This document shows positions 46,301 to 60,035 of a DNA stretch of 64,000 nucleotides, piece by piece. This DNA is from the human T2T-CHM13v2.0 reference genome, Homo sapiens. Position 1 is the first letter of the stretch. Each line of letters begins with the position of its first letter. A program made the translations under genes and the position numbers. The notes under the pieces were generated by a model. The model made no database searches, was not told the origin of the DNA, and saw only the letters and a program-made list of their open reading frames with translations. The stretch is from NCBI RefSeq assembly GCF_009914755.1, contig NC_060931.1, one strand, 5' to 3'.

Positions 46301-49146
46301 ACGAGAGGCAGAAAACAAAATCTTTTCACTCGTATTTGTACAAGGAAATGACAGAAGGATAAACAAACACTAATAAAAGCTGTTTATCTGGTGTAGGGGT
46401 TGGGAGGCAGAGTTGAGAGGACAGGGCATGTGCCTTATTTCATAGATCTGACTTTGGAACCATGAAAATGTTTTATGCAATTTACAAAGCAGCATTCAAC
46501 CAAAAAGAAAATAAATCAGATCCACTTGCAAACACTAAAGAGAAACTGAAACAAACAAACCTGATTTACCTAGCAGTTTGGTGACAGAACCATAGAGAAG
46601 AATTACTTTAAGTGACTTTGGGCAAGGTATTTTAAGGTAACCTGCCTGGATTAATCCTTAAGGATTAAAAGGACTGTAAAGAAATCGCAATTCAGGTGTC
46701 TTACTGAATAAATATCAGCATTAATATTTTCAAGATATTACAGGTATGTATTTTGTATTATGTAATATAAAGTAATAAGTAATTAAGTTAATGCCATTAA
46801 CAGAGATCATCAGAGGAAAAAAAAAACAACAAAATCAAAGAAGTAAAAAATCCTGTAATCTCAAATTTGAATTAGCAATATCAACGTGAACCCAACATTT
46901 ATTTTTTGTTTTAAAAAAGCCCATGTCCTAGCTCTGTTTACTAAAAAGATCTAAAGATTGTAGTCTCCAAATACCATTTTGCATTAGAATGAATCAGGGT
47001 CCCTGTGAGAAATGCATCATTTGAGTCTAATACATCTTGTCACCCCAAAATCAAATACCATTAATGCTAGCTCAAAAGAACTCAGGAAGCAACTTGAAGG
47101 AACCATTGGCCAATGAGGGGCAAAGTGAGCGTCGAGAAGAGGTTTTGACTGAAATAAATCAAACACAAAAATCTAAGTTCACAGTGACAGTTTAAACAAA
47201 ATCCAAACAAACTAACAACAAAAACACCCCTTGTTTGCCTCTAGTGGAAGGTGGGAGAACACAAACTCGTTCTAAAAATTGACAAGTAAAGGGGAAAACC
47301 AGGCATTTACCTACTTTTTCCAGGAAATATCTAATGCAAGAAAGAACTTCAGCTCATATAGGAAGGAATTAGAAAATGATGATTTTGGAACACCTAATGA
47401 AATACTGAACCTGGGCAAGTTCACCAAGGGCTGCTAAAACCATGTGGTGGACGGGGACGGTAGCCTTGGTGGGGAGGTTCCAGCTGGCTGCACTTGAACC
47501 CCTGCTCACCCGACACCACTAAACAGCAGCCAGGCTTCAGGCCTCCTCCACTCCAGGCAGCAGAGCACCCAGTACCTGCCCTGCAGACACCAGGCAGAAG
47601 AAATGCATCTGATCACACCATGACCACCACTCCCCAGGAATCAGGGAGACAGAGGAACTTACTAAAATAAACCACAAACATGCTATTAGCAAATGACCCA
47701 CTTCTTTAACAAACAAAAGATGTTTAAAAAAATAGAAGAAAAACAGAGTGATGAGAAAGACTATTTTATATCCAAGGAGACAGAAGTATATGGTATAGCA
47801 TCTAAATGCCATTTGTGGGTCCTACCTTAAATAACCTCAACTTAATTTAAAGGAGTTTTTTTGGTGACAACTGGGGAAATCTGAACATGGATTAGCTTTT
47901 AGATGATAGTAAGAAATTCTTATTTATTTAGTTAAGTGTAATAACATTGCAGTTATATCAAAACAAAAGGGTCCTTATTTTTTTAGAGACAGGCATTGAG
48001 ATGTATTTGCTGGCAAAAATTTAGGATATCTGAAATTTCCTTTAAAATAGAAGAGGAGGAAGAGGAGGAGAAAAGGGAAAAGAGAGATGAAGAGGAGGAG
48101 GAGAAGAATGTAGGAAAGGGAAGAGGTGAAGTAAGCAGGTTGAAGCTGCGTGATGGGTAAGTGGGGTTTCATTATACACTTATGTAAATGTGAAAATTTC
48201 CGTAATAAAACTTTTTGTAAAACGAAGGACACAAGAATCATTCTTTGAGTTTAGCAGCTTCCAGGAACCTGTATTTTGAGTATTCAGACCCCGTATGGGA
48301 CAGCTCCCACATGGATGTAACTACTTCCTCAGGGAGGATGATCAGCCTGTGTCTCTTTCTGGAAGACTGCTGGCTCCGCAGTGTCGGCCTTCTGTGGTAA
48401 CTGCATCCCATGTCCCTGTCCCTATATCCACACTGTGGCTGGCTCCTTCCCAGGGTCATTCAAGTGTGGTCTTGGGATTTGCTTTGGTCAACGGGATGGT
48501 GGCAAATGTGATGGTACGAGAATCTTGAGAAGTCTCGTGCATGTGTAGTGGGGTTTAACCTCTCTTGCTATGCCTGGGAGCCTCAAGTAATCTGCTGCAG
48601 ACACATGCCCAGTCACTAATTGCCACGGCAACAGCTCACAGCAACAACCAAACACGAGTGAACCTATCCTGGACTGTCCAGCCCCAGCCAAGCTGGCCCA
48701 GGTGAGAAAGGCCACTCAACCAACAATGATACGTAATTTATTTTTGTTGTTTTAAGCCACTAAGGTTTGGGGCTATTTGTTCTCAGCAAAACCAACCTCA
48801 TATAGTACACAATCAAAAAGCGTAGGCAAAAGCATTTTTTTTCCATCTGCCCACTACCTTATGAAGATAAAACAACTTGTGTTGTCCATCTCTTCAGATT
48901 TCATACAGAGGTGAAGGATAATTACAGATACAGTCTGGGCAGACATGGATTAGATCCCTTTCTGCCCCTTACTAGCTGGGCAAGCCCTGCGTACCACTTA
49001 TACCTCTAGCCTACCTTTTCTCCTCTTTAAAATGAGGACAAAACTGCTGCCTGTCCAGCAAGGATGTCTGAGGAATTAAACAGAACAGATCCCCAGCACA
49101 ATAAAACCTTAGCAGATGACAGCTCTTATCAGTGGTGGTTCCTTAC

Positions 49147-49234
49147 CCATCCACGAGCCCTTGCTGTTTAATGATCCTGTGGGATTCCTCCCTGGAGATC
49201 CTCCCGTGAAACCAGTGCTGTGTCCTGTGAATCA
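49147..49234 (-). CDS. GRB10: GRB10 coding exon (SH2 start), (V)[28 protein letters not shown](G)
   Basis: cag|TGATTC...GGATGG|gtaag; 88 nt; SH2 motif WFHGRISR. Confidence 0.97.
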
Positions 49235-49459
49235 CTGTGGGGGGAAGACAGGAGGAGGGTAGGATGGTGGTGCCTCTGCAGAATGGCTTCCCTGACAGCA
49301 CAACCAACTCTGATCAACTCAGAGCCCCTGACTCCCCCAGCTACAGCTTGTGTGGTGCACTCTGGCCACAGGCAAATTCGTAAGGCTGAGGGGGAGTGGA
49401 GGGGGGTGCTGTTTGATTTTCTTTATGTACAAAAACATCAGGCAATGTGCCCTGTTTAC

Positions 49460-49526
49460 CTGTACTTAGGGTAGAAGGGTGGAGGGGACTTTGGCTACCT
49501 AGGATGTTCATCCGTGTGCTTCGCTT
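49460..49526 (-). CDS. GRB10: GRB10 coding exon, KRSTRMNILGSQSPLHPSTLST (contains the known mTORC1 phosphorylation motif GSQSP)
   Basis: cag|AAGCGA...GTACAG|gtaaac; 67 nt, ends in phase 1. Confidence 0.96.
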
Positions 49527-50445
49527 CTGCAAAAGAAATCCCACATTAGCACCGAGGACAGCAGACAGACACACCAAGTCACCCAATATGTCCAAGCTCA
49601 TGGCAGGCCACTGGGTGGGGTGCCTGACTGGGCTCACAAGGGACCTTGCCCCATCTGAAGACCCCACTGACCCCTGAGAACAAAGAGCTCAGGGTTCCCA
49701 GTTGTTAAGAACACCCTGAAATATCTCTAGTAGCCCCAGTATCGAAGTAGACATGCTTATTTCTCACACTGAAGACATACGATGAAAACGCCATGAACAT
49801 CCTGGTAAATCGCAGGAGAAACACACAAGCCTTTCTATTAAACTCACGCAGTTCTCAAAACACTGGGCACTGGACTCCCCGTGCTTGGGACTTCCTTCTT
49901 TTTCCCATCCCCTGAGGCTGAAGTACAGAAAATGCCAGAGTCCAGGCTCCTGCTTTGCACATGGCCTTTAAGTCTCAGGACTTAGAAGCCGAGTGATAGT
50001 CTTCCCACCTGGAGATTAAGAACCTAAGCCTCAGGGGTGAGGGAGTGGCCCAAGGCCTCCAGGCTGTTAGTAGCAGACCTTGATGTGAGCACCTGCTGGC
50101 CCCACTCAGGCCTGGGCTCTGTGCACTCCACAGACAGCCACTGCCAGTTCATCAGCAGAACAGTTCTGCATAGGAGCCACGGAGGGCAGAGAACTCTGTT
50201 CCTCTCCTGTCCCTTCCATGAAAGCCCAGGGGACAGGGGACAGCGGGGAAAGGCTGGGTGCTGGGAACATGGAAGGGGCCTAGAAGGGCCAACTGCTTCC
50301 TGCAGCTGAGAACTCAGAGGCCACCCCACCCAACATGGCACCCCTCTTGCCAACCCGCATAGAGCTGTTCCTCTGGGAGAAGACCACGTGGTGGGGCTAC
50401 CACCTTGAGGGTGCCCCTCCAGGCTGGCCAGGGCCGGGGCCTTAC

Positions 50446-50562
50446 CCTCCAGGCGTGGCCCTCCTCCAGGGCTGCGCTCTGGGCCTCTGCCGGATTCTCT
50501 ATCACGCGTCCTGTTTGCCCAGAAAAATCCATTGCCACGAGGGAGTTCTCGGAGACACTGCG
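50446..50562 (-). CDS. GRB10: GRB10 coding exon (BPS/PIR region), [39 protein letters not shown]
   Basis: cag|CGCAGT...TGGAGG|gtaag; 117 nt; BPS signature [12 protein letters not shown]...RVIENP. Confidence 0.97.
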
Positions 50563-51492
50563 CTGAAAAGGAAAGGCCGCAGTTCTTAAAATGCAGGGAA
50601 ATAAGGCAGAGTGGAGTCTTGGCATGAAACTATCATCAAGACGGTCAGGAAAGGGGAGCAGGGAATGCCTGCTTTCTACCTCTGAACTCCCCAAGTTTCA
50701 GGTGGGAAATTCACCGGTTCAGGCTGAAAATTCAGTGGCCCCTTCAGTTTTTCTTAAGAACGAAACACATTCTAGTCCTCCCTGAGTATTAAAAAGGCTG
50801 CTGGTGAGGCCCCTGGCACCCGCAGCATTTGGACCATGTGGTCCTTCACAGGCTCCTGACCTGCACTCCAACACATCAAAGAAATCAACAGCCAGGGTGA
50901 GCCTAGGCCTCCCCAGTGAGTCATTCCCTCGGGGACGTGGGTTCAGGAAAACTCGTGGACCCTTTCTGTGGCACCATTTGGCATCTCAAAGGGGCAGATG
51001 CTGAAGGACCCTCAGGACTGTATTTTGAGAAGATGAAGTGCTTCTGCTCCTTTGAGAACAGAGTGCCCAGAACACAAGAGGAACGATGACAATCTCTAAA
51101 TTCTCACCAGGGAATGAATGCAGCGTTAATAGTCAACAGCTCCCATGGGTCCCAAGGTTTAAGGAACAAAAGCGAAAGGCAGGAAAGGCAGTACCCCACA
51201 AGGCCAGAAGTTGTTGCTGCCATTTTTGAGCACTTAAAGAGAGCCACCTACTTACACAACCCTGAGGGGAGATGCAGGGACGGGAGAAGAACGGCAGAGG
51301 AATTCACTCCCTGTCGTTGCACTGTTGAGACTACAAAACCCACGTCATCGTGGGACATACTGGCTTCCCTGAAATGCACACACACTCTCCAGAGCTTCTC
51401 TTGCCCACCCTGTGTGAAATGAGGCGTCCTTAACACATGTGATGCAGAAGCTGAAAAGGCACTAGACTTCTGAAGCTCCTGGCTTTACTTAC

Positions 51493-51570
51493 CACTGGCG
51501 TCGAGAACGGGGACAGCAAGGCCTTCCTCTGCTGAGGGATTCGGTAATTCTGGTAAAGGAGCATTCCATA
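51493..51570 (-). CDS. GRB10: GRB10 coding exon, [26 protein letters not shown]
   Basis: cag|TATGGA...CCAGTG|gtaagt; 78 nt, phase 0/0. Confidence 0.96.
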
Positions 51571-51710
51571 CTGGAGAGGAGAAGCCACAGTTAGTCACCG
51601 GCCCGGGAGCCCCGAGGCCCGGCATGTGACAAACGCCACAGCAGGAAAGGGCAATGTTGAGTGCGGAACAGGGAGTGATGCCCTGTACCAGCCTCCAGGA
51701 GCCTGAGTGC

Positions 51711-52550
51711 CGCTGACCCTGATCAACACAGGGATTAGGAGCAATGACGCCCCTTGAAATAAAAAATCCGAGTATAGCTTTTGACTCCCCCAAAACTTAC
51801 CTACTAGTGGCCTACTGTTGACCAGAAGCCTTAATGATAACATAAACAGTTAATTAACATATATTTCATATATGTATTCTACACCATATTTTTATAAGGA
51901 AGCTAGAGAAAAAAATGTTATTAAGAAAATCATAAGAGACAATACAATTATGGGACTGTACTGCATTCGATTCTGTAAGTCTACATGTTGACACAATGAA
52001 TTATCTGTGTGGTGTGGAGGGCAACCATTCAATCTCTAGTATGTATCAAGCAATTTAAGTTTTTCTTGTCATGTCGTGACTTTTCTCTGTTCTTGGGCGC
52101 ACTTCCAGCTTCACTAGTGGCATTTCACATGGGTCCCATGGTGTTCTTTAAAGTTCCTGTATTGCACTACACACAACGAAAAATACTCCAGAAACATGAG
52201 CCCATTTTTTTACTACAACATGCAATTTATTGGAGAGAGGACCTGCTCATGGGGAGATAATTAGCAACACAAGGTGGGTTTCTAAATGGGTATGTCCAAC
52301 ATCTGAGTTCACTGTACTAGCAACAGGAGGTGGCTACAAAATTATGAGAGTAATACAGCAGGGACTATAGTTAATTTTATGCAGTTCTGAGGTAATCCGC
52401 ATCTTTGTTTGTTTACATCTCTTGACTACAAATGGTGCCATATACAGTCTGTGTTTGCATGCATTCAGTTTTGATAAATTTTAACTTTATATAATAGATT
52501 AATATATATAAAAAAATCTCTAAGTGGACCTGCACAGTTCAAATCATTCA
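51711..52550. mobile_element. Tigger2-family (MER28-like) DNA transposon relic
   Basis: CTGACCCTGATCAACAC terminus-like start; GACTCCCCCAAAACTT..CCTACTGTTGACC; AAGTGGACCTGCACAGTTCAAA near the other end. Confidence 0.7.
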
Positions 52551-53838
52551 ACTTCACATTCAATATGGTGCATGCCTCAGTGCTGCTGCTACTGTGGCCC
52601 CTCAGGAGGGAAGAGCTGACTGGTTTTGGAATAAGCGGGACAGTGACAAACATAATAACATCAAGAGCAAGTAATCTTATTGAGTGCCACTATGGGCTCA
52701 ATATGTCTAAGACACTATGTGTCTAAGTGCTTTATGTTATTTCATTTAATCCTCTCCATTTTATGAGCTGTACACTATAATTATCCCCATGTTAGAGAGC
52801 ACAGAACTGAAGCACAGAGGAATGAGGCAAGCTGCCCGCAGTCACGACTTTGAACGTACACGACCTGTTCCAGACCCAGTGCCCTCCCTAGCTGAGGCTT
52901 GCCACCTAATTGGCTCAGTAGTCTGCACTTTCTGATCCTGGCAATGAGGACTCAGGGCCCTGCAAAGTCTCATACACATCCAGCATCCCAACCTACACAC
53001 CCAAATCACACATTCCAACCATGTGGAGAAGAAGAAAGAGTCAGAAACAGGAAGTGAAGTCATCAAGTGGGACAGCTCTTCTTTCATGGGATCTAAGCTC
53101 AGTTCTGGCTCTAGGTCTCATGGCACATACTCATTTCTAAGATAAAAATACCTAGAACATGATGCAAAGGTCTAATACAGGAACGACTGCACTCCAGCAA
53201 GAGAAGAGCAAGAACAGGACAGGGGAAATATTTGATGAGATAATGCCAAAAACTTTCCAAAGTTGACAAAAAGACGTCAAGCTACAGATTCAGGGTGTAG
53301 GATAAGTAAGCCCGCTCCGAGCATATATCATGGAAAAATTGCTGAGAAACAGACACAAAGAAAATGTCAAAAACAACCAGAGGAAAACATGCATTATTTT
53401 CACAGAAGCAATGGGAAGACAGACAACTAATGTTTTTACATAAATTATAAGATTCAGAAGACAATGCAGTGGGAAGATGCAGAAGAGAATAACCGCTAAC
53501 CTTGCATCCTATAACCAGTGAAACGTTCCTTCAAGAATGAAAGTGAAACAAAAAGTGAGAAAATTTCTCAGGCCCACATGAAAAGAACCGCTAAGCTGAG
53601 GTCTTCTAGTCCCAGAGAGAAGAATGCAAATTTAGGAAATATTAAAGTGCAAAGATGTAGGTGATTAAAGAGTATATAAAACAATAACATTATGTCTTAA
53701 GAGGTTTTATATATATGACAAGAATCCTTCAAAAGGGACAATGGAGCAAATGGAGTGAAAGGTCCTCATGCCTGCCTGAAAGCAGTCAGTAAATGTACTA
53801 CATTATAAAAGATTTTAATAAGTTCAAGGGGCATGTTA

Positions 53839-54137
53839 GGCCGGGCGCGGTGGTTCACGCCTGTAATCCCAGTACTTTGGGAGGCCAAGGCAGGCAGATT
53901 GCTTGAGTCCAGGAGTTTGTGACCAGCCTAGGCAACACGGCAAAACCCTGTCTCTATAAAAAATACAAAAATTAGCTGGGCATGGAAGTGCATGCCTGTA
54001 GTCCCAGCTACTCAGGAGGCTGAGGTGGGAAGATGGTTTGAGCCCGGGAGGTTGAGGCTACAGTGAGATGAGCTCATGCCACCGTACTCCAGCCTGGGAG
54101 GCAGGGTGAGACCCTGACTCAAAAAAAAAAAAAAAAA
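53839..54137 (+). mobile_element. Alu (AluJ-like) inserted in an old L1 fragment (~53200-54640)
   Basis: GGCCGGGCGCGGTGG...A-tail; TTGCTTGAGTCCAGGAG J diagnostics. Confidence 0.93.
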
Positions 54138-57100
54138 GATGTGATATCTAGGGTAACCAGGAGAAAATAGTAAATGTACATGTACGTATTGGGTTAACAG
54201 AGGGAAAAACATAAATATACTTAATAAATCTAAAAAATTAAGAGAAAAGGAATACAAGAGAGGTGGGACAACCTGGAAAAAACTGCAAATGGCAGGTTCA
54301 AATACAAATATGATTATCACACTAAATAATACAATTAAATCACAGTAAATATTTTGGTTAAAAGATAAAGATTATCAAAGTAAAATAGTTACATTGTGAT
54401 TATAAGAGATATTCCTTAAACATAAGGACCCAGAAAAGTAGAAAAAAGATGGTCCAAGAAAAACTGTGTAATGAAGCAAAGCTGAGGTAAAAATCATTAA
54501 ATAAATTAATATGTGCCAGATTAGACTCTGGGGCAAGGAGCATTGCTAATAAAGCATATTTTATAATGTCTTAGAATTGACATACCAGGAAGATACAAAT
54601 ATTCTCAATTTTGGGTACCTAATAACATACACATTTTATTTTATTCACATGTTTGCATGTATATATTTACATATATGGGTGTGTGTAGACAGAAAAGATT
54701 AAATGGTAATAAATAATTGTTGCAAAGGTTTAATGCTGCATTCATTGCCTTTTCAATGTCAGGTCATGTAAAACCAAAGCAATCAGTACTAGGGACTCTT
54801 GTGTGGATGAGGCAAGACCTCCCTCTTGGGGATGAGTTTCTACAGTAGATTAAGAGACTTCTAGAAGACAGAGGGAGGAGGAAAGATGGCAATAAATAAT
54901 TGTTGCAAAGTTTTAATACTATTCACACAGCTCCTACAGCTTCCAAGAAATTACCTAACAAACAATGTAACAGGAAGAAATGAGACAAAAGATTATCTGC
55001 TGGCGCTACTAAGAGCATCTTTCTGAAAAGCTAAGTAAAGCCATGCCAGCTTTCTCCTATGTAGACCCAAGTTATAAGATTTATTCATTTTTTTCAAGAA
55101 AGTGTATCTGTGTAGGTAAAGATGTAAGAAGGTCCTAGGTTAATTCAAAATAACAACCCAGCTCTGCCTTTCCATGGTTGATATGAAGATGCTGTTTGTA
55201 GTAGATGGTAAAAGGGCCCTGTCAACTTCAGCCCTCAGACCCTCTTATCCTCTAAAAGGGGATCCGGTGTCCTGTGTCCTCCTCTGGAGGAAGGCAGAGC
55301 ACACACACGGGATGCCTTGTTTTAGAATGAATGTCAACATGGAGACCCTGGAGTCATAAAGAGTTACCTCCCCACTGTCCCTAACTCTATCCCGGTTATC
55401 ATTTCTGTATAGTGGGCAATGAATCAGTGCCGACAACACTCAAATGGCGTTTCGATTGCATTACAATCCTATGGCTATTTGGGGCAGAAACACATCACTT
55501 GCACTCCACTTGAGACCGGCCCCGAGGCCATCACTGCCACCTTCCTGTCAGGTCTGGCTCCCCAGCCTCCTATAAGAATAGTACCTAAGACGTATCCTTA
55601 ATGACTCTAGAATCCGTGTATCACTGGATGCAAAGTGCTTCCCTGCAAAGTGGCTGGGACAAGAGGAATGCATTCAGAACTCACGGCAGCTTCCAGGTGG
55701 CTCTAGGGAGGGCAGCAAAGCATGGTAGTGAGGAAAGGGGTTCTGGGGCCAGAATGTCAGGGCTCTGACCCTGCTCTGCCACATCGTGGCAGCTACAGCT
55801 TGGGCCTCAGTTTTGTCATCCACAAAATGAGGATGATAATATGCATGTCACTGAGCTGTCACAAACAGTAAAGTGATAAAGAATGCCTGGCCCATAGCAA
55901 ATGCTCAAAAAAATCTTAATATTATGTAACACATCATTGTTAACACTGACAACAATAAAGTCAGTTCGTTTTGCATTAGTCACTCTGCCCACATCCTTTC
56001 CTGTGGCTCGTTATGTTAGCGCAACAAAGGAGAGACACCCAAGAAACAGTGGTTAAGAACCTGATACTTGGATTTATTATATATTACCCAAAGTAATAGA
56101 ATTCATAGCTTCTTGGAGTATACTACCACTTTCCTTTTTCATTTCCTTTTTTTTTTGCCTTTTCCAAAACAGATGATTCATTTGCAGATTAAAATTTCAA
56201 CCATATACAGACAGCTTCAAAAGATCACCCCTGGCCGCTGCCCCTATCTGCACAGCTGCCTCTCCCATCTCCTCTCCCTACTAAGCAACCTCTTTCTTCT
56301 CTCCTGCAGCTCACACAATGTTCATGAGCATACCATCAAATACAAATATTCCAATTTTTCCTGTTCCCTTCACACAAATGTAGCCTTCTCTCTATATACT
56401 GTTCTGTACTTTGCTTTTTAATTGTTAGTAATTTTTCCGCAACAGGACACAAAGAGCAATCTCATTCTTTCTGGAGGTCCATGCAGAATACTGCCCTCAA
56501 TGGATGTCACCTATGTGACCAGTTCCCACTGATGACCCTTACACTGAAAACCGGCTTACACAGGAGTGGTCTATGATCTATGATGTATTAACATGGACAT
56601 TTCCTCTTCCATTATGAATTTGTAAAGTTTTGATTTCCATAATTCTTTTTTTAATCAGTGAAAACATAAAATAAGGTTCTGGGAGAGAGATACAGGAAGC
56701 CAATCTGTGGAACTTTTGGTTTGGGCCCCAGCATCCTATAAAAATGGCACTAGGATGTATCCTTAATGTCTCTGGAATCTGTGGATTACTGGGTGCAAAA
56801 TGCTACCTGCCAAGTGGATGGGACAACAGGACTACATTCAGAATTGGATCTGCAGCACCTCCAGGAAAGTTTTGAGCTATGCTTCCTTCAGTTCCTCCAT
56901 CTCCTTAATTGACTTCACCTTGAGTCTCTGGACCAGCTCAAAGGCCACTACAGTTCAACGAAGGCTGGGAGTTTTTGTAAAGAAATCCCTAGACCATTGT
57001 ATCCATTGGCTCCAGTTGACTAAACGAACATCTCCTATGGAGACCCCTGGACTTTAGCCAAGCTCACCTGGGCCAGCTAACTTACAACTCACAAGGACTC

Positions 57101-57457
57101 TGTAGACTTAATTCCAGACATGTGGGATATGGTATATGTGCACAGAAACACTGTGGGAAATCCAAAGTGACTACAGTAAACAGCCCTATGAAATCACTCT
57201 GGCAACTGGCATGAAATTGCTGTCAAGGGCATTACTCTATATGCAGTACCACGTGATAAATTTCCTTTAGAACTTACAGTCAGGAGGTACTGTCTCTGCT
57301 GAGGAGCTTCAGTCAACTGTATAATTCATCATGTTTACTTCATGGCCCTGGCTTTTTGGGAACCTGAGAGTTGGTTCAGTCGTGAAAATAATTAACACCT
57401 CATGTACTATTTCCTTTCTCCCTGGTCCTGATTTTTCGAATCCTATTCTTCTAATCT

Positions 57458-57690
57458 AGTGGTCTCAACCAGGGGCAATTCCCCATCCTCTGGCTTCAGG
57501 GCACATTTGGCAACATTTAGAGACATTTTTGGTTGTCTCAACTGGCCGGGCGTGCGACTGGCATCTAGCAGGCAGAGACCAGCTATGCCACACATCTAAG
57601 TGGCCTGCAATGCTTGGATGTCCCCCAGACCCCCGACAAAGAATTATTCTACCCAAAATGTCAGTAGTACTGAGTCCGGAAAACCTAGCT
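57458..57690 (+). mobile_element. MER20 DNA transposon
   Basis: GTGGTCTCAACCAGGGGCAATT...GGCACATTTGGCAACATTTAGAGACATTTTTGGTTGTC. Confidence 0.8.
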
Positions 57691-57894
57691 CTACCCTGTT
57701 TAATATTAGGCCCTCTGTTAAAAGCTCCTGAGATCTTGTTTAGAAAGATGCTTAACTACATTTGATAAATAAAATATTGTGACAGAACAGCGGAAAAGTT
57801 ACGAGCATTTTCCTGCCAGAATAGACATCAAGTCCAGAGGCCAATTTTCCACGAAGAGATGTGCACTCAACACAAACCGCAAGATGTCACATAC

Positions 57895-57993
57895 CTTGAG
57901 GAGTCTGAACGCTGTCATCCAGCACGTCCTGGTTTGCTCGTCCTCTGCACAGAGCAACCTCAGCTCTTTAGTTTCATTCCTGACTTTGTTTGG
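57895..57993 (-). CDS. GRB10: GRB10 coding exon (PH C-terminal helix), [33 protein letters not shown]
   Basis: tag|CCAAAC...CTCAAG|gtatgt; 99 nt; conserved PH helix Trp (WMTAFR). Confidence 0.97.
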
Positions 57994-59286
57994 CTACAGG
58001 AGGTAAAAGAAAGTCCTGTTAGTGTTACACAGGGAGTCAGAAACAGCTTCTGTCAAGGCAGGGCTGCATCTGACACAAACCAGAGACAACCAGCTGGAGA
58101 TCCCCCTAGCAAGGAGCACAGCAGATACACACACACCTGTGTGTTAAGCGTTCATTCATCCACCTTCCTGACAAGACTTTATTAAGTGCCTACCATGGAC
58201 TGGCCCCAGGTTGTGTACCACTTAGCTGAATAATAAGCCATCCTTTGGGAACTTCAGAGGAGACAGAAAAACAAACTAGCACAGGACAACGTAATGTGGT
58301 AAGCACAATAGGACAAAGAGGAAGAGGCATCTAACTCTGTCGACGGACTGGATTCTATGGGAGGAGAACCTGCCTTCTGACTTACAGGAGGAGAGATCTT
58401 AAAGTTGCCCCCAGGCCACTGAGAGGAGGGGCTGCTGCAGGGCTTAGCCAAGAGGGGCAACCCCTGAGGAGCTCAGGGATTCTGATGTCTGAGCAGCCCC
58501 AAGATCAGACCCCAAGTAGAAGGTCCAGAGAGGGAGACTGATGTTGGCTCTGGAGAATGAGACAGAAGGGGAAGTAGGCACCATGGGAAGAAGACAGGTG
58601 CCCCTCCAGAGGCAGGGCCCTTTGGTGAGGGAGGAGAATTGTTGCAGGCATAAACTGACCTGCATCTCCAGAAGAACCCCCGACCTCAGACTCAAGAAAC
58701 AATGCTGGACACACCCCAGCTCTCCCTCCCAAGAATCTGGAGGGGTTGAGGGACAGGTGTGACTACCCTGCGCTCGGCTGGTGCTATGAGAGAAGCAGAG
58801 ACTGCGTTTGCAGAGACAGGCAAGCATGGCTGGTGTGGGCTGGTGGGAAGGGAGAGTACCAGCTGCTGCTCATACCTCCAGCCCCGCCTGAGGCTGCCTT
58901 GGGCCTCTAGCTGGTGTGAATTAGACGCCTATTACTTATAACCGAAAGAGTATTCCCTGAGCAAGGTATGAGGTGATATTTTGGAAAGAAATTTTCCCCT
59001 AAGGAGGGGCTCCCCGTATTGTGTGTTCTCGGGATGTGGCTTGGGCTATGGCTCATAAGTCAGCCTACAGGGCAAACTCCAAGCACAACTATTCACTGGC
59101 TACTGGATGTGGGCAATGTGGCCAACTTCCTATCCCACAAGGGGCTGTGAAGATTAAGATAATGGATGTAAAACTGTCAGTGGAACATATCATGCACAGT
59201 AAGCATTCAGTAAATATCATCTACCATTATGATTATTAATACCACCACAACCTCATCAGGGGAAAAGGAGTGGGCTCTGCCTATAG

Positions 59287-59475
59287 GTGTGTGCACATGT
59301 GTATGTGTGTCTATGTACATGTGTGTATAATGTATGTGTATGCACAAAGGTGTATGTCTATACCTGTGTGTATGCACAAAGGTGTATGTCTATACATGTA
59401 TGTATGCACGTGTGGGTATGTGCATGTAGATGTGTGTGCACGCGTGTGTGTGCATGCCAGCACACACATGCATGC
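59287..59475. repeat. Degenerate (TG/TA)n tract
   Basis: Direct observation. Confidence 0.9.
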
Positions 59476-59924
59476 AGAGGGTGGGCAGCATTGTGTCTAT
59501 TCCTGTCTGACCATCCCCACAGCCAGAGGCCCACACAGAAGCCATCAGCTCACTCAGTACCATGCAGGCAACCCAGGTGACAGGCTGGGGGTCCCCTCCC
59601 TTGCCCCACCTCCCCTTCCAGCTACTAGTACTGGGCTACAGCCACAGCCCACCCTTTGATGCCAAAAGCCACCCTCCCTAAAACACTGAGCCCACTAGCC
59701 ACATTATCCATCCCTGTCTGCTTGTCCTTGAGCTTCTGAGCTACTCAAGGACTGATAGCAGCCAAGTGTACAATAAATGTTTTTACAGGAATGGATAAAT
59801 CCAGTGTGAAACTATGTTTCTGTTGAAGACAATAGAAGCAACAATCAAGTGCTGGGCAAGAGAAGAAGTCAGTCTCCTGTGGGCTGCTGAGCATGCGCGC
59901 CGTCTGTGGACAGCTCGTGGGTAC

Positions 59925-60035
59925 CTTTATGCAGAGCCCGTGGTCTGTAGGGGCGTTGTACTGCTTCCTGCCAGCGATCAGGGAGAAGATGTTGCTGTCC
60001 TCCAGGTCGGCCAGCAGCTGCAGGTGTCTGGGTTC
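59925..60035 (-). CDS. GRB10: GRB10 coding exon (PH domain), [37 protein letters not shown]
   Basis: cag|GAACCC...ATAAAG|gtac; 111 nt; peptide visible inside ORF 59745..60083. Confidence 0.97.
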
